Assembly: GCA_951406725.2 (NCBI GenBank) | Contig: OX597814.1 | Coordinates: 41,416,001-41,480,000 of the forward strand | Reading direction: 5' to 3' | DNA length: 64,000 bases | DNA from: Octopus vulgaris | Taxonomy: Eukaryota | Shown: piece after piece, positions 1-13,260 of the stretch | How the letters are laid out: every line of letters begins with the position of its first letter | How positions within the stretch are numbered: the stretch's first letter is position 1 | Program-made: the position numbers and the translations under genes | The notes under the pieces: model-generated | Told to the model about the DNA's origin: nothing | The model's input: only the letters and a program-made list of their open reading frames with translations | Databases searched by the model: none

Positions 1-57
1 CAACACGCATCACAAATATCTGTGACTTCACAGTCATAATAGCAATAATAATAATCC

Positions 58-293
58 TGCCTTTATTAGCCACAAGGGCGGACAACAATAAGATTGGACA
101 TTACAAAACATAAAGTACAAAGTGGATTTACTTAAAGTGTCGTGTAAAATGTCTATCACAATGGAAAATATAACAAAAATGCCTAGAAGAGGGACGCAAC
201 ACTGGGCTACTCATGGAGACCCCACGAAAAATCAATAAGAGACACAACCACTAGGGCAACAGTTTTCTTTCCAATTTTTTTTCTGTCTCTCTG

Positions 294-326
<33 letters not shown>

Positions 327-1860
327 GCCTTGGAAACTCAAAAGCGCCTGCTCCAAGTAAGCCCGTTGACACAGACCTTCTTCGCCACATTCACTCACTA
401 TTTATCAACATTTTTGGTAGTTAGCACTTCTCTCTCAGCCCTCACTTTCCGTTTCAGATGGTATCTGAAAAGGTTGATGAGAGGTAGGCCAAAGAGAAAA
501 GTATTTGTCTTTAACCATTTCAGTCTAGACCACCACAGGATCTCTTTCGATATAGCCATGAGACAGATAGAAATTGCCTTCCACTACCAGCTAAAGGAAG
601 TGGGTGGGGCAATATTCATGACGGAGTCAGCTGATAAGTGGACACGTTTTACACAAATGCTCGAGCATGAGACGATTGCGTGTAGAATGATTTCTTCGCT
701 CTGCCCCAATCTCAAGCAGGGTCGAGTGACCACACTTCTGTGCCTGTAGAATTCATCTCGAAAATGCAAACCTCATTATAGCACTGCCAGGCCAGGGACT
801 TCTGGACGTTATCCATAGACACCGGCCCGAACGGAATATTGAGTTGAAATTAATCGATGCCTAGAGTTTCTTCAAGAACATCATCGTTTCCTTTCACCAC
901 TACCACTCTATACAACGCCACAGTCGAAATTCCACTAACCACATTGTCCGACAGACTGCTGAGCATGAGCGCCTTGCAACACTCAAGGTGCCTAGGTCTA
1001 TGCTTCATTCAAGTTTGTAGACCTACGCACAGCCTAGGTCTACGTTGATTCAAGATTGCAGCTCAGTCAAAGACACGAGATGCGGAAAGTGAATCTGATA
1101 AACGGTGACAACATCTACTCAACGTCGTCAAAAAATAAAAACGCCGATATGCTGCAGCCTCAGAATATATCTGAGCATCAATAGCCACGGCATACCCATG
1201 CTGCCCTTCATAGGGTGTTACCAGAAAATGGAGTGCATGAACAGCGGAGTCCGTCTCTTCCGTAAGAGGCAGGAAAGCAAACACTCCAGCTTGACCAGGT
1301 ATGTACTGGGGCAAGTCAAGGCAGTGAGTCGGCAGTAGATGACTAAAACAAATTTTCCTCTGGGACCTTTCCTGCGTGAGACTGCCTACCCTGATCATTA
1401 CTTCGCTTTATTACTTCTCAACGTGGAGGTTAGGTCCTGAGAAAATTTCTCTCCCGACCGTCCAAAGTTCTCCATTTTCCGAAGTAATGGATTGAGGGTA
1501 CATACAGAAGGGACGCGAGTGGGCTTTGACGGACCGGACGCTCAATCATCAATGGTTCCGGTAGATGACCATTCACTCGGAATGACGAGCAGATTCGCTG
1601 TACATGGCATCGATCTAACAGCGGAAAAACCGGACCGAAATCGGCAGCCACGAAGACATCCAGCAGGTATTGATGGTCAACCCTATGAAAGGCTTTCGAC
1701 TGAGCTAAATTGATGAGAGCTTCACCAATGCCGGGTTTCTTGACTACTATATCCACAATTTAGCATATGAGGAGGAGATTTTCGTGGATGGACCTATATG
1801 GGATGGTGCCTGCTTTTTTCGTTTCCAATCAATTTCTCGACAAATAGCCTCTTCCCTAAC
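58..1860 (-). mobile_element. Tx1/L1-clade non-LTR retrotransposon, 5'-truncated and decayed (RT, zf-RVT, 3' UTR)
   Basis: Minus-strand peptides LINLAQSKAFHRVDHQYL...VNGHLPEP...VRQSPLASLLYV (RT motifs, ORF 1430-1756), RDEFYRHRSVVTRPCLRLGQSEEIILHAIVSC (zf-RVT-like) and FRYHLKRKVRAEREVL (C-terminus). The 3' end reads GCCCTTGTGGCTAATAAAG. Contains frameshifts and stops. Confidence 0.85.
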
Positions 1861-2109
1861 ACTGGGTAAATTTTTCCTTTCTGCATTAATAACAACATCA
1901 TAATGTTAATCATCATCATCATCAACAACAACAACAACAATAATAATAATAATAATAATTTCACTTATTTTCCAGAAGAGCGAAAGAAGTGGATCAGAAT
2001 GCTAAGACATACATAAATTGTGGAGATTTACGTATTGAGAAATGATAAATAAATATGTTAAAATTTAAAAGATAAATATACACTGTGTAATAATAATTAT
2101 TTTAAATTA

Positions 2110-2305
2110 CGCACAAGGCAAGCTTCTGTGAACGAAATGTGTTTGTCGATACCCTCTATTCTTTACTTGGAGGGACTTTTCCTACGTGAACATTAGAATT
2201 AGAAAAGAGAAATTTCACGTCGGCAAGATTTGAACCCGGAATGTAGAGAGCTAGAATATATATATACCAGAAGTCTTTCGTCCGTCACAGAACCGCTTGT
2301 GCCAA
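2110..2305 (-). mobile_element. Highly decayed tRNA-derived SINE (family 1)
   Basis: Remnants GCACAAGGC ... GTCGAT ... CGGCAAGATTTGAACCCGGAATGT resemble the intact copy at 3697-3909. Confidence 0.4.
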
Positions 2306-2329
2306 CACGAAGAATGAAATCTACAACGG

Positions 2330-2355
2330 CTGAAGCAGCAGCAGGAGCAGCAACT

Positions 2356-2416
<61 letters not shown>

Positions 2417-2904
2417 CAGCAGTAGTAGTAGTTGTCGTGGTAGTAGTAGTAGTAGTGGTAGTAGTGGTAGTGGTAGTGGTAGTGGTAGTAGTAACAGCAG
2501 CAGTACTAGTAATGGTGGTGGTAGTGGTAGTTGTAGTAGGATGGAGGAAGAGCAGGAGGAGGAGGAGGAGGTGGAAGGGTATCAGCAGTAAGAACAGCGG
2601 GAACGGTGAAAGTCAGAGTGGTAATATTTGTCAGGTGGTTTATTCTTCTGTTCTGGTGGCTGCAACACCAGGTAAGGTAGCAGCGTCAGCAGCAGAGCAA
2701 CAGCCGCGAGGTGGCAGCAATAGCAGCAGCAGTAGTAATATTAGCAGAAGCATCAATATCAGTAGCAGCAGTAGCAGCAGAAATCGTTGTTGTTTTGTTG
2801 TTACTTGTGTTACAGAAGCGTAAGCAGCGAAGAACATACGCAGTAGCAAAATTTTCACTGACGTCATCATGGGCATCAATAACACCATCGTCGTTATCAT
2901 CCGA

Positions 2905-2955
<51 letters not shown>

Positions 2956-2960
2956 GTTAT
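2330..2960. repeat. Compound trinucleotide microsatellites (GCA/GTA/GTG/GGA/ATT)n
   Basis: Directly visible; explains the poly-V/I/N/L ORFs. Confidence 0.97.
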
Positions 2961-3696
2961 AATAAACATATTCACAAATACGACTACCTATAATCACCAG
3001 CACAAACAAGACTGTCATCAAGTAAAATCATCATGAATATATCTTCTGCAATGTGGAAAAACAACAACCGCCGCCGTTGTCGTTGTCGTGAAGTTGTCAC
3101 GTGAGTCGCGGTGGTGATGTCGTTGTAGTCGCGATCAATTTTATCAATTACGAATCTTAGTTCTTACCTAGCAGCAGCGCTGACCGTAAGCTTTCCTACT
3201 ATCAATCACAACATTCCCCACATCACAGCAAATTTGCTTTAAACACAATCACATGAACATACAATTAGAAATAAGCATGCACACACATACGCGCACACAC
3301 ACAGACGCACAAGCACACGCACGCACACATGCACGCGCGTGCGAGCTTCTATTTGCACGTTTGTGAATGTGTGTGTTCGTGCGTGTGTGTGTGTGTGTTT
3401 TATGTAAGAGCGACAGCGACAGATTTAATGCTGGTGAGAAAGGAAAGACGGAGAGAACGAAGGAAATGTATAGAGATGGAGGATGAGATTATGAGAGCGA
3501 TTGAGAGAGGGAGAGAGGGGGGGCAAGACGGAGAGAGACAGAGAGAAGGGGAAGAGGGACAGAGAAATAGAGAGAGAGAGAAGGGGAAGAAGGACAGAGA
3601 GATAGAGAGTCGGTGAGCGAGAGAGATACGTATGCTTCTGTGTGTAATTTCGCAAAGTGTCAGTTTATATAAACGCGTAATCCTATGCAAATACTG

Positions 3697-3909
3697 CTTT
3701 CTATTATAGGCACAAGGCCTGAAATTTTGAGGGTAGCGGCAAGTCGATTACATTGACTCCAGTATTCAATTGGTACTTGATTTATCGACTCCGAAAGTAT
3801 GACAGGCAAAGTCGACCTCGGAGGAATTTGAACTCAGAGCGTTACGGCAGGCGAAAAGCCGCTAAGCATTTCGCCCAGGGTGGTAACGATTCTGCCAGCT
3901 CACCGCCTT
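3697..3909 (-). mobile_element. Full-length tRNA-derived SINE (family 1) with 18-bp target-site duplication
   Basis: Minus strand: head AAGGCGGTGAGCTGGCAGAATCG, B-box GAGTTCAAATTCC, central GAGGTCGACTTTGCC...GTCGATAAA...AGTACC, tail TTTCAGGCCTTGTGCCTATAATAGAAAG. Flanks TAATCCTATGCAAATACT (3678-3695) and TAATCCTATACAAACACT (3909-3926). Confidence 0.92.
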
Positions 3910-4244
3910 AATCCTATACAAACACTAACCAACAGGTTCATATCTTTGTTTTCGAAAGTTCAAATGCAGATGGCGGGTAAGGTCAATAACGTAGGGGACA
4001 ACAATGTTATGTTGTTAGCAATCGTAAACTTGTCATTGCGGTAGTAAGTTGAATTTCTTCGGTTAATGAGTACAGTTTCATTGTTGATTTTTATACTTAT
4101 TGATAGCGGTATTGTTTAGCGACATCTTTGATGAAACTCGATGAAATCTGAATCATACTACAATTTTTTTTAATACTTGGTTCTAAATTTATGTAGTATT
4201 TTCTCTGTTTATGTCTGTGTCTGAATAAGTGTACGTATGTATGC

Positions 4245-4299
4245 ATCTCTCTCTTCCCCCCTCTCTCTCTAGAACACACACACACACACACGCTCTCTA

Positions 4300-4345
<46 letters not shown>

Positions 4346-4347
4346 AA

Positions 4348-4379
<32 letters not shown>

Positions 4380-4456
4380 GTATACGTACACACGTACACA
4401 TGAACACACACATATACACGAGTCACACCGACAGACACACACACGCACACACATAT
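4245..4456. repeat. Compound (CT)n/(CA)n/(TA)n microsatellite
   Basis: Directly visible. Confidence 0.95.
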
Positions 4457-5258
4457 ACGTTTCTTGTTATGCTGAATAATTCTGGTATTATACACTAGTT
4501 CAATAAGTAACTGCTCTGATCATGTATATTGAGATATTTACATCAACTTGTTCATATCTTGAAATATTTCAACTGAAGAAGGTCTTATGTAGGGGATGTG
4601 CAAACCTGCAATGTACTATTTGAAGTATTTTAAACTGTTATTAATTCTTTTCACTTCAGTGTACAACGGGTATACATGCATACATGTATACATAGTCTAC
4701 TGTTCCATTACGTTAGGATCAACAAAATTATATTCCATCCTGCGAGATATAGACATACTTTAATTTACATGGTATTAAAATAAGAGCCAGTCATAGTTTT
4801 TTTTTTTCTATTGAAAGACAAATTTAGGCACATTTTCTATAGCATGCGTTGTGTTTCCAAAGTTTCTTCGGGCTCTGGGCACATGGCACATCCTGTATGA
4901 ATCTCTTGACACCGGTACATAAGAAACCACGAAAAGAGGAGAGAAAGTAGATGCAAGTAGGAGACTGAGGAGGCAAAGGTTGAGTAGAAACGTGAGGTAA
5001 AAAATTTAAAAAACTTGCATATCAACACAACCAAAGCACTAAGTTAGCTTGCAACGCACGGGGTTTGACGACCAACTACACACAATATACAATTAATTGG
5101 AGAATTGTGGAGATTTTATGTCATATATAAATGGATGTAAGAATTTATTCCATATATAACTGGATGTATTCGCTCTGCAGAAATACAAGGTGCCAATACA
5201 AACGCCCTGCAGATCTACATCGCAATACATATACACGTTAGCGATATTTGTGTTCGAC

Positions 5259-5656
5259 AAGGCGGTAAGCTGGCAGAATCGTTAGCACGACGGCGAAATA
5301 CTTAGCGGTATTTCGTCTGCCGCTACATTCTGAGTTCAAATTCCGCCGAGGTCGACTTTGCCTTTCATCCTTTCGGGATCGATTAAATAAGTACCAGTTA
5401 CTCACAGGGGTCGATATAATCGACTTAATCCGTTTGTCTGTCCTTGTTTGTCCTCTCTGTGTTTAACCCCTTGTGGGTAGTAAAGATATAAGTATTTCGT
5501 CTGTCTCTACGTTCCTAGTTCATATTCCGCCGAGGTCGACTTTGCCTTTCATCCTTTCGGGTCGATGAATTAAGTACCAGCTGCGTAGTGGGGTCCATCT
5601 AATCGACTACACCTCTCCCCAAAACTGTCGGGCCTTCTTCTTAGAGTAGAAAAGAA
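5259..5656 (+). mobile_element. Dimeric tRNA-derived SINE (family 1 head and core, Tx1-like tail, second core, family 1 tail)
   Basis: ATTCCGCCGAGGTCGACTTTGCCTTTCATCCTTTCGGG occurs twice (about 5340 and 5524), and the two monomers have different tails. Confidence 0.9.
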
Positions 5657-6179
5657 CACGTACACATATTTTGTCTGTACTGGTGCTTTCTACTGCTACA
5701 GAGCGAATACTACCCTTGTACTCTTACAAACGTGGACAATGGATTATAGTATTCGGTAATTTAGTCGTCAACTCTCTTAGATAAAGGTTTATAAGCACAA
5801 TGTTTAACCCCCCCCCCCACTACCATGGGCAATTAATTTATCTTTCCCATTTACTCTTTCTTTCATCCCTTCTATCTCGTTTTCTTCCTACTCCTCAACT
5901 CAAAACCACTCTGGCGCCTGTATGTTTAGAGTACAGCCTTTCCATTTACGTACTTTTTGACAATTCCATTTTTGTAAAGTTAATTTATTTATTTATTTTC
6001 TACTATTGTAAGATATACAGAAAAAAATCTGCTTGAAATTCTCCGCAACCTCTATACGGGAAATGTGTGTAACTGTTATTGTTATTGCTTCTTATTACAT
6101 ACAGTCCACATATTGTTCTCTATGATTGCCTATTCACTGCTTGAAGCTGAATAACTTCATACACTCGGATCACTTGATC

Positions 6180-6180
<1 letters not shown>

Positions 6181-6240
<60 letters not shown>
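6181..6240. repeat. (TA)n microsatellite
   Basis: Directly visible. Confidence 0.97.
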
Positions 6241-6243
<3 letters not shown>

Positions 6244-6461
6244 CAGAATGGGATAAAAAAAAACAAGGCTGTAAACATTTTATAACATTTATAAATAGAA
6301 GGTCTTACAGCTGTTTGTAGACGGTGTGAGAAAATGGTTAAGCAATAGTTAATTTAGATATGATACAAAATAGAGAGTGAAGTGGAGGAATGAAAATAGA
6401 TGATCTTACTGACACCTTTACCTTTATAACCTCGCTTCCTCTCTTTCTCTATCTATATCTT

Positions 6462-6875
<414 letters not shown>

Positions 6876-6889
6876 TGTATGTATGTATG

Positions 6890-7102
6890 TTTTTGTTTGT
6901 GTCTCTGTGTTTGTATGCCCACCATCGCTAGACAACCGATGCTGGGGTATTTATGTACCCGTAGCATAGCGGTTCGGCAAAGGTGCCTGATGGAATAAGT
7001 AGCAGACTTACAAAAAATAAGTCCAGGGGGTCCATTTTTTTCGACTAAAAGAGGTGCTTTACCATCTCCGCATTCAAATGAGTAAACCAAATAAAAGAAT
7101 AA
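6890..7102 (+). mobile_element. 3' half of SINE family 2
   Basis: GACAACCGATGCTGG...TAGCGGTTCGGCAAA...GAATAAGTA...TCGACTAAAA matches 30010-30205 and the reverse complement of 60160-60591. Confidence 0.85.
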
Positions 7103-7146
7103 TAGAAAAGAATATGTATTTGTATTATATATATGTATATTGCGTG

Positions 7147-7173
7147 CTAGCAATGCTTACCGGCGTTGCCCGG
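7147..7173 (-). mobile_element. Helitron-type 3' terminus (hairpin + CTAG); the element body probably extends to higher coordinates
   Basis: Minus strand CCGG-GCAACG-CCGG-TAAGCATTG-CTAG: a GC hairpin 9 nt before CTAG, the canonical Helitron 3' end. The 5' TC end was not located. Confidence 0.55.
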
Positions 7174-9337
7174 ATCTTATGACCTACAGTCACATTATAT
7201 TACTTGCTTTTCCGTATGGGCAGAATCAGCACATGTGGAGTGTGAAGAAAACAACGCTTCCTTATGAACATGTTTTTGGTTATTTTGTGATGAGAAATGC
7301 TGAAATTGTTGACACCAAAAACATGAAGAATGGCAGCTTAGATTAAAATGAAATTCTAACATTGCCTCCTAAATGACCTAGCCTTACGGATATATAGAAT
7401 TTGATGACGTATGTGAACGTAGATGTATCTGAATTGCAGAAAGTAGGGTACATGGAAAGAAAGCTGTTTTATTGTGAAAAGCATCATCTCGGTAATGTTT
7501 AGGCGGACTGCAAACTTCAGCATATATAAAGTGAAGTTGACAATATTTCTGGATAAACTGTTTTGCATACATGCAGTGTTGGTAGAATAAAGTTACAAGA
7601 CATCTGCACTGCTAACTAGAGAGCATGCGTCATATAGTTGTCCATGAGAAAAGCAGGGTATTTTTAAACTGGGAGCCACAATTTTTAAATTTCAATCCTG
7701 GATTTGTTGATTGTCATAGCGAAGCACATTTGTACAGGGAACTGGCGGCGCTTGAAATAAAATGGCACATTTGAGGGAATAAGGGGCATGTGTGGAATGT
7801 ATGCGATCTATCTTCGATAACAGCCGGCAATAATGGTTGCATGTAAGACATGACTTGTCATTGTAGTTACAGTCAATCTTATACCATTGCATAGCCGTGG
7901 TGGGTTCAAATTCCTGAATAGCTTTATAGGTGCACCTTTCTTTAGGAACAGCTAATATGGTGGTGGTGTGGTGGGTTTTAGAGAGTTGAGAAATTCAACT
8001 AAATACTAAACAGTGGCATGTTCGTCGATGATAGAATCAATGGAGACAAATGTTGAAGCATCTCCAGGTAGAATCTAGATGTGTTCATGATTTACTTTTC
8101 TAAGCAACTTGCGAAATAACTTTCCTTTACTTTTCATTGCAACGTGCGAAATACCTTTCCTTTAAGCTCGGCTAATGTAAACACCATGTGTCCATATAGT
8201 AATGTCACCATTTCCAATTTGTAGAAATGGTGAAAGAATTGCCCAGCTAAGGGGTCGTTGTAAAGAAAGCTCATGAACAAACCTCCATAAAGGTGAATAC
8301 TTCAGACAGGCATGGATATCATATTTGACAGACATCCCCAGCTAGGACAAAATAACGGCAATATTGTTTGTAATAGCCCATAGTGACCTATCTAGGGTGT
8401 TGCTTTGACATATTAAAGAATTAGTCATCGCGAAAGTGAGTTTCCTTGAGCACAAATAGAAGCAGTTTTCTTTGCGGTCCTTGTTTGTGGGATCAATTAG
8501 AATGTCTTCAGTTTGTTGGCATGGCTGAAAAGTGCAAGCGATTAAGGAACATATAAGATGAAAGACATACCAATTTGAAGTTGTGCATTTTATAATGAAA
8601 TTGTCTAGTAAAGAATGAAAAGATGTAGAAAAAGCCATATGTCCGCTTTATATCATTATAAGAAGCGGTAAACTGTGAATGATTTAGCTATGTTCTGTGT
8701 TGATAAGCATAATGCATTCTGTTAGCTGATATATAGTGGAGCGGATTACTAGCGTAATGAAGTTATTGCTTATCCAGAAGTAATGGTGGTGGGATGTAAA
8801 ATTTGCATGAAAGTGGATCACAAACTATGTATTATTTCATGGATTAAAATGGGGTTAACATGACATTGTACAGGAAACATGCTTTAAAAATTATAATTCT
8901 CACCCACTTCCTGCCTAGATTTTCTAATTTTTAAGTGACTTTCGATTTTTTTTTGTTTTGCATGTGGAAAAATACAGAGATTATGAATATGGGAAATAGA
9001 ATTTGATTTCGAAAATTTATTTTTTTCAGAAATGATAACCATCAGCTACTCGCTTTTGGTCGAAATGAAAATCTTCCGCACAGAAAATACAGGAATGGGA
9101 GTAAATTGAGGAAAGATATAAGCGGGGATGGGGTACGTAATTGTCATCTCGGACATGCTAGAAACAACATGTAAAGGACAGGAATATTGAGATAACTTCC
9201 TTATAAGTTTAAACGGAAATCAGGTTTTGAAATACGCTCGTCACAAACAAGAATTACAGTAAAGAAAAAGGTAACGCCCAGAGGATTTCAACTGTAATTT
9301 AATTCACAGCAAAAAATAATATAATTCTTACAGAACT

Positions 9338-9340
<3 letters not shown>

Positions 9341-9391
<51 letters not shown>

Positions 9392-9410
9392 ACGTGTGTG
9401 TGTGTGTGTG
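9341..9410. repeat. (TG)n microsatellite
   Basis: Directly visible. Confidence 0.97.
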
Positions 9411-10878
9411 CCAAAGGAAGTTATTTTTGCATACATTTCTAATTCCAAAAGAAGGAAATGTAGTGAAGTTGTAATATGATGACAAAATTAGGTCTCCGTA
9501 CATTACAATGAGAAATTGAAAGATAATGATTACGCCTAATTATTCGTACGCGCAAAACATAGAAGCAAAATAAAAATGACCTTAAACTTGTACGACATGA
9601 CCTCATTTCTGGGGTTCTCAACGCCCCCTTCTCTCCCAATTTCTACCTGTCATTGCGCTCGCTTTTTTTTTACCGTAACCTATAGAACATACAAAATCAA
9701 TTTTGTGCTGGCTGGCTTTCACTTTAAACTATGGAATATACATAGGTTATGAAACATCAGCGTCTGTCTCTGACCCGCTATCCGTCTTTCAACTTCCACA
9801 GAAACTTGATTTCTGTCTGTTTCTTTCTCTTGTCTCTGTATTTTTCTCATTCTGCGTTTCAGTACGTCACTCCGTAAAATTCTATTTCTTTATGCTTTGA
9901 AGAGAGCAGAAATTAAAAGAAAAGAGGACGCGAAAAGGGAAGAGAGAGTAGAAAGTGAAGGAAACGACAAAGTCAAAGATGTATGTACGTGTATATGAAA
10001 AGGACTTGTGTGTGTGTGTGCGAGAGAGTGAAAAAGAAAAAGATAGGTGAGCAAGAAAGAGAGAAGGAGAGAGATAGAGTGAGTCAGTGAGTGAGTGAGC
10101 GAAGGTGTCTGTCGTGATGATGCATGTTTTTAAGATACACACTCATATAGAAAATGTAAATTCATTGCCGTCGTATAATCATATATATATATGTATGTCT
10201 GTAGATGTATGTACATATACGGATACATGTAAGTATATATATATATATATATGATTGAACGCCACGTAACTTCTACCAATTGTTTTATCTTAATAATTCT
10301 GAAGCGCACCTATACGATCCTTTTACACTTATATTTTTCTCTCTTTCTCACTCTTATACTTTTTCCTGTTCTTCTCCAACTATTACTCTCTCTCTCTCTC
10401 TCTCACTTCTTCTCCCTTGCTCATGTGGCTCCCTTCTAACCATCGGCCATCTCTCTTTCTCAAACTTGTTTTTCTTTCTCTCCGTTTTAACTGAAACAAG
10501 GAAGACGTGTTCTTGTTTGTCTGGTGTCCAAGCTTGATTTACGCGTTTGCCACCACAACTTCGTTTAGGACTTGCAGCCATTCCTGTTTGTTTTCACTCT
10601 CTTGTTTGTGGTACGAATTTTGATCATCCGTAACATCACAAATTTTATAAAATTTGCTTTGAGTGTCAGGTGATCTATCGAAAGCGTATATTGCTGTGAA
10701 ATGTTCTAAATACGAATGTAGAAAAAGAGCCAAAAACTGATGAAGGGTCGTTGTAATTGCTTGTCTTGTTTTCCATCTGTGTCTTTCGTTGTTCGAAAAA
10801 CATGTTCATATTCCATGTAATCGTATTTCGTACCTTTTGTTGCACACGATTCGTGACGTCCCCAGCCCATATATGTAG

Positions 10879-10883
10879 ACACA

Positions 10884-10947
<64 letters not shown>
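10879..10947. repeat. (CA)n microsatellite
   Basis: Directly visible. Confidence 0.97.
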
Positions 10948-10951
<4 letters not shown>

Positions 10952-10999
10952 AATATTTATATATACCTATGGCTATAAGTATGTACATATACATATGTA

Positions 11000-12234
11000 T
11001 TGGGTTGTCCGGAGACTTCGTGCCGATTTATAGTAGCTTGCTCTTCGACTCATTTGAGAACATGTTTGAGTCCATAAAAAAGGATTTGACTACACCTCAA
11101 TGGAGACCTCAGTTTAAGCTATCTTTTCGTGGAAGAAGGTTTATGTTCCTATAACCTCTGTTAATTCTGTAACCCTTTAAAATGGAAGATAAGAAAGTTC
11201 ATTTTCGTCACATAATGTTTTACTTTTTCGTAAAGTGAAAAATACCTCACAAGCAACCAAAGAAATATGTGCAGTTTACGCGTGATGTTTCTTTAACCGA
11301 AATATTTCTACGGAAGTAATTTGCAAGGTTCCGAGCTGGAGATTGTAGCCTTATTGATAAAGAGCGATCAGGCAGACTATCCACTTCAGATGATGACTAA
11401 ATCAAGTCATTAATTGAGAATAACCCAAATTGCACAACCCGAGAATTGGCAGAAAATATCACCTATCAAAATCCGTCGTTCATGAGCACCTGGTAAAGTT
11501 TGGGTACACAAAATCGCTACGTTGTTTGAGTAGCACATTAGTTGAGAGGGAAGAGCCTTTTGAACCGCATGCCTATCTGTGATTTGCCTTACAAACGGAA
11601 TGAAAACGCGCCTATTTAAAGCAAAATGATGCGATGCGAAATGGATTATCTACCGAAATGTTCAGAGAAAGCGATCGTGGTGTAAGCGACATGAGCCACC
11701 CTTAACTCCTCTAAAAGCGGGTCTACACCCTGAAATAGTTTTGTTTTGTGTCCGGTGGAATTGGAAAGGAATTCTGTACTATGAGCTTCTCCAAAGTAAC
11801 CAGACAATTAATTCAAGATAATCGTCCAGAACTGGTCAACAGGAAGGATGTTGTTTTCCAACATGATAATGCAAAACCGCGCGTTTCTTAGGGAACCCGG
11901 CAAAAGTTGCAGCAGCTCGGCTGGGAAGTGTTACCCCACTCTCCATATTCTCCAGATGTTGCTCCTTCAGATTTCCACTTATTCATGTCTCTGCAGAATA
12001 GTCTTAATGGTAAAAATTTCAATTCCTTGGATGACGTAAGAAGATACATTGATGAATTATTTGCCATGAAACCACCTCGATTTCGGGAAGACGGTATTTT
12101 TAGGTTAAAGCTAAGATGGAGAGGCATTGTGCAACGAAATATTTCATATTTGGTTGATTAAAAATGTAATGGCAAGTATTTATTGACCTTTTTTTTTCCT
12201 TTAAAAACCGGCACGTACTTTCCGGACAACCCAA
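11000..12234 (+). mobile_element. mariner (DD34D) DNA transposon, near full length, inactive
   Basis: TIRs TTGGGTTGTCCGGAGACTTCGTGCCGATTT and AAACCGGCACGTACTTTCCGGACAACCCAA, with TA at the left flank; 1235 bp long. Confidence 0.95.
11182..12161 (+). pseudogene. mariner transposase pseudogene
   Basis: Starts MEDKKVHFRHIMFYFF; contains FQHDNAKP and LGWEVLPHSPYSPDVAPSDFHLFMSLQNSL; multiple frameshifts and stops. Confidence 0.93.
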
Positions 12235-12237
12235 TCA

Positions 12238-12265
12238 ATATATATGCATATATACATATAAACAC

Positions 12266-12337
<72 letters not shown>

Positions 12338-12477
12338 ACATGTATCGATGTAAGTGTGTACATATACGTATGTATGTATGCATATATATTTTTATTATAA
12401 TATGATTGAACACCACGCTTCCTCTTCCAAGTGTATATATATATAAATTAGACATATATATATATATAAATAGACAG

Positions 12478-12558
<81 letters not shown>

Positions 12559-12586
12559 GATATGTGTGTGTATTTGTATGTGCTTC

Positions 12587-12618
<32 letters not shown>

Positions 12619-12970
12619 AACAATAAAATATTTTCCACACAAGTAGTTTTAGTTTGAATTCAGTTCCAGAAAAGGGCACAGAGATAACACAAGCCAAGTT
12701 GTCACGTATTTATTTCATATTGTTCTTAACTAAATGGTAGCCTTCCGATTATGTCGCATTTTGTAAGAAATATTGTTTTGGTAGAGTTTAATTGTATTCA
12801 ATTAAATTCTTATTAACACGTTGAACTTTTGATATTTTAATATTCTTTTGTTATGAATAAACCAAGCAGGATGGCCTCTTGATTTATAAAGAGAGAGATA
12901 GGCAGACAGAGACAGAGACAGAAAGATGGAAAGAGAGATAGAGAGAGAACTACATATATACATATGTATG

Positions 12971-13061
<91 letters not shown>

Positions 13062-13170
13062 AATAAAAGAATATATAGATATACATACACACACACACAC
13101 ATATATATATATACATATATATATATGTGTATATATAAATATGTATATTTATGTATATATATCTGTAGGT

Positions 13171-13230
<60 letters not shown>

Positions 13231-13260
13231 GGTGTGTGTCTGTGTGTGTATACATCTATA
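12238..13260. repeat. Cluster of (TA)n/(TG)n/(GA)n microsatellites
   Basis: Directly visible; explains the IYIYIY ORFs. Confidence 0.95.

Noticed and set aside
2230-3021. Long ORFs rich in V, I, N or L (also the many IYIY/CVCV/THTH ORFs elsewhere)
   Set aside because: They are read-throughs of stop-free microsatellites.
3165-3240. Minus-strand donor AG|GTAAGA beside a CpG-rich patch
   Set aside because: No convincing acceptor or coding frame; could be a UTR exon but unsupported.
10737-10807. CTGATGA...GAAA-AACATGTT-C hammerhead-like string in a probable repeat
   Set aside because: No stem I, weak stem II and an out-of-register stem III.
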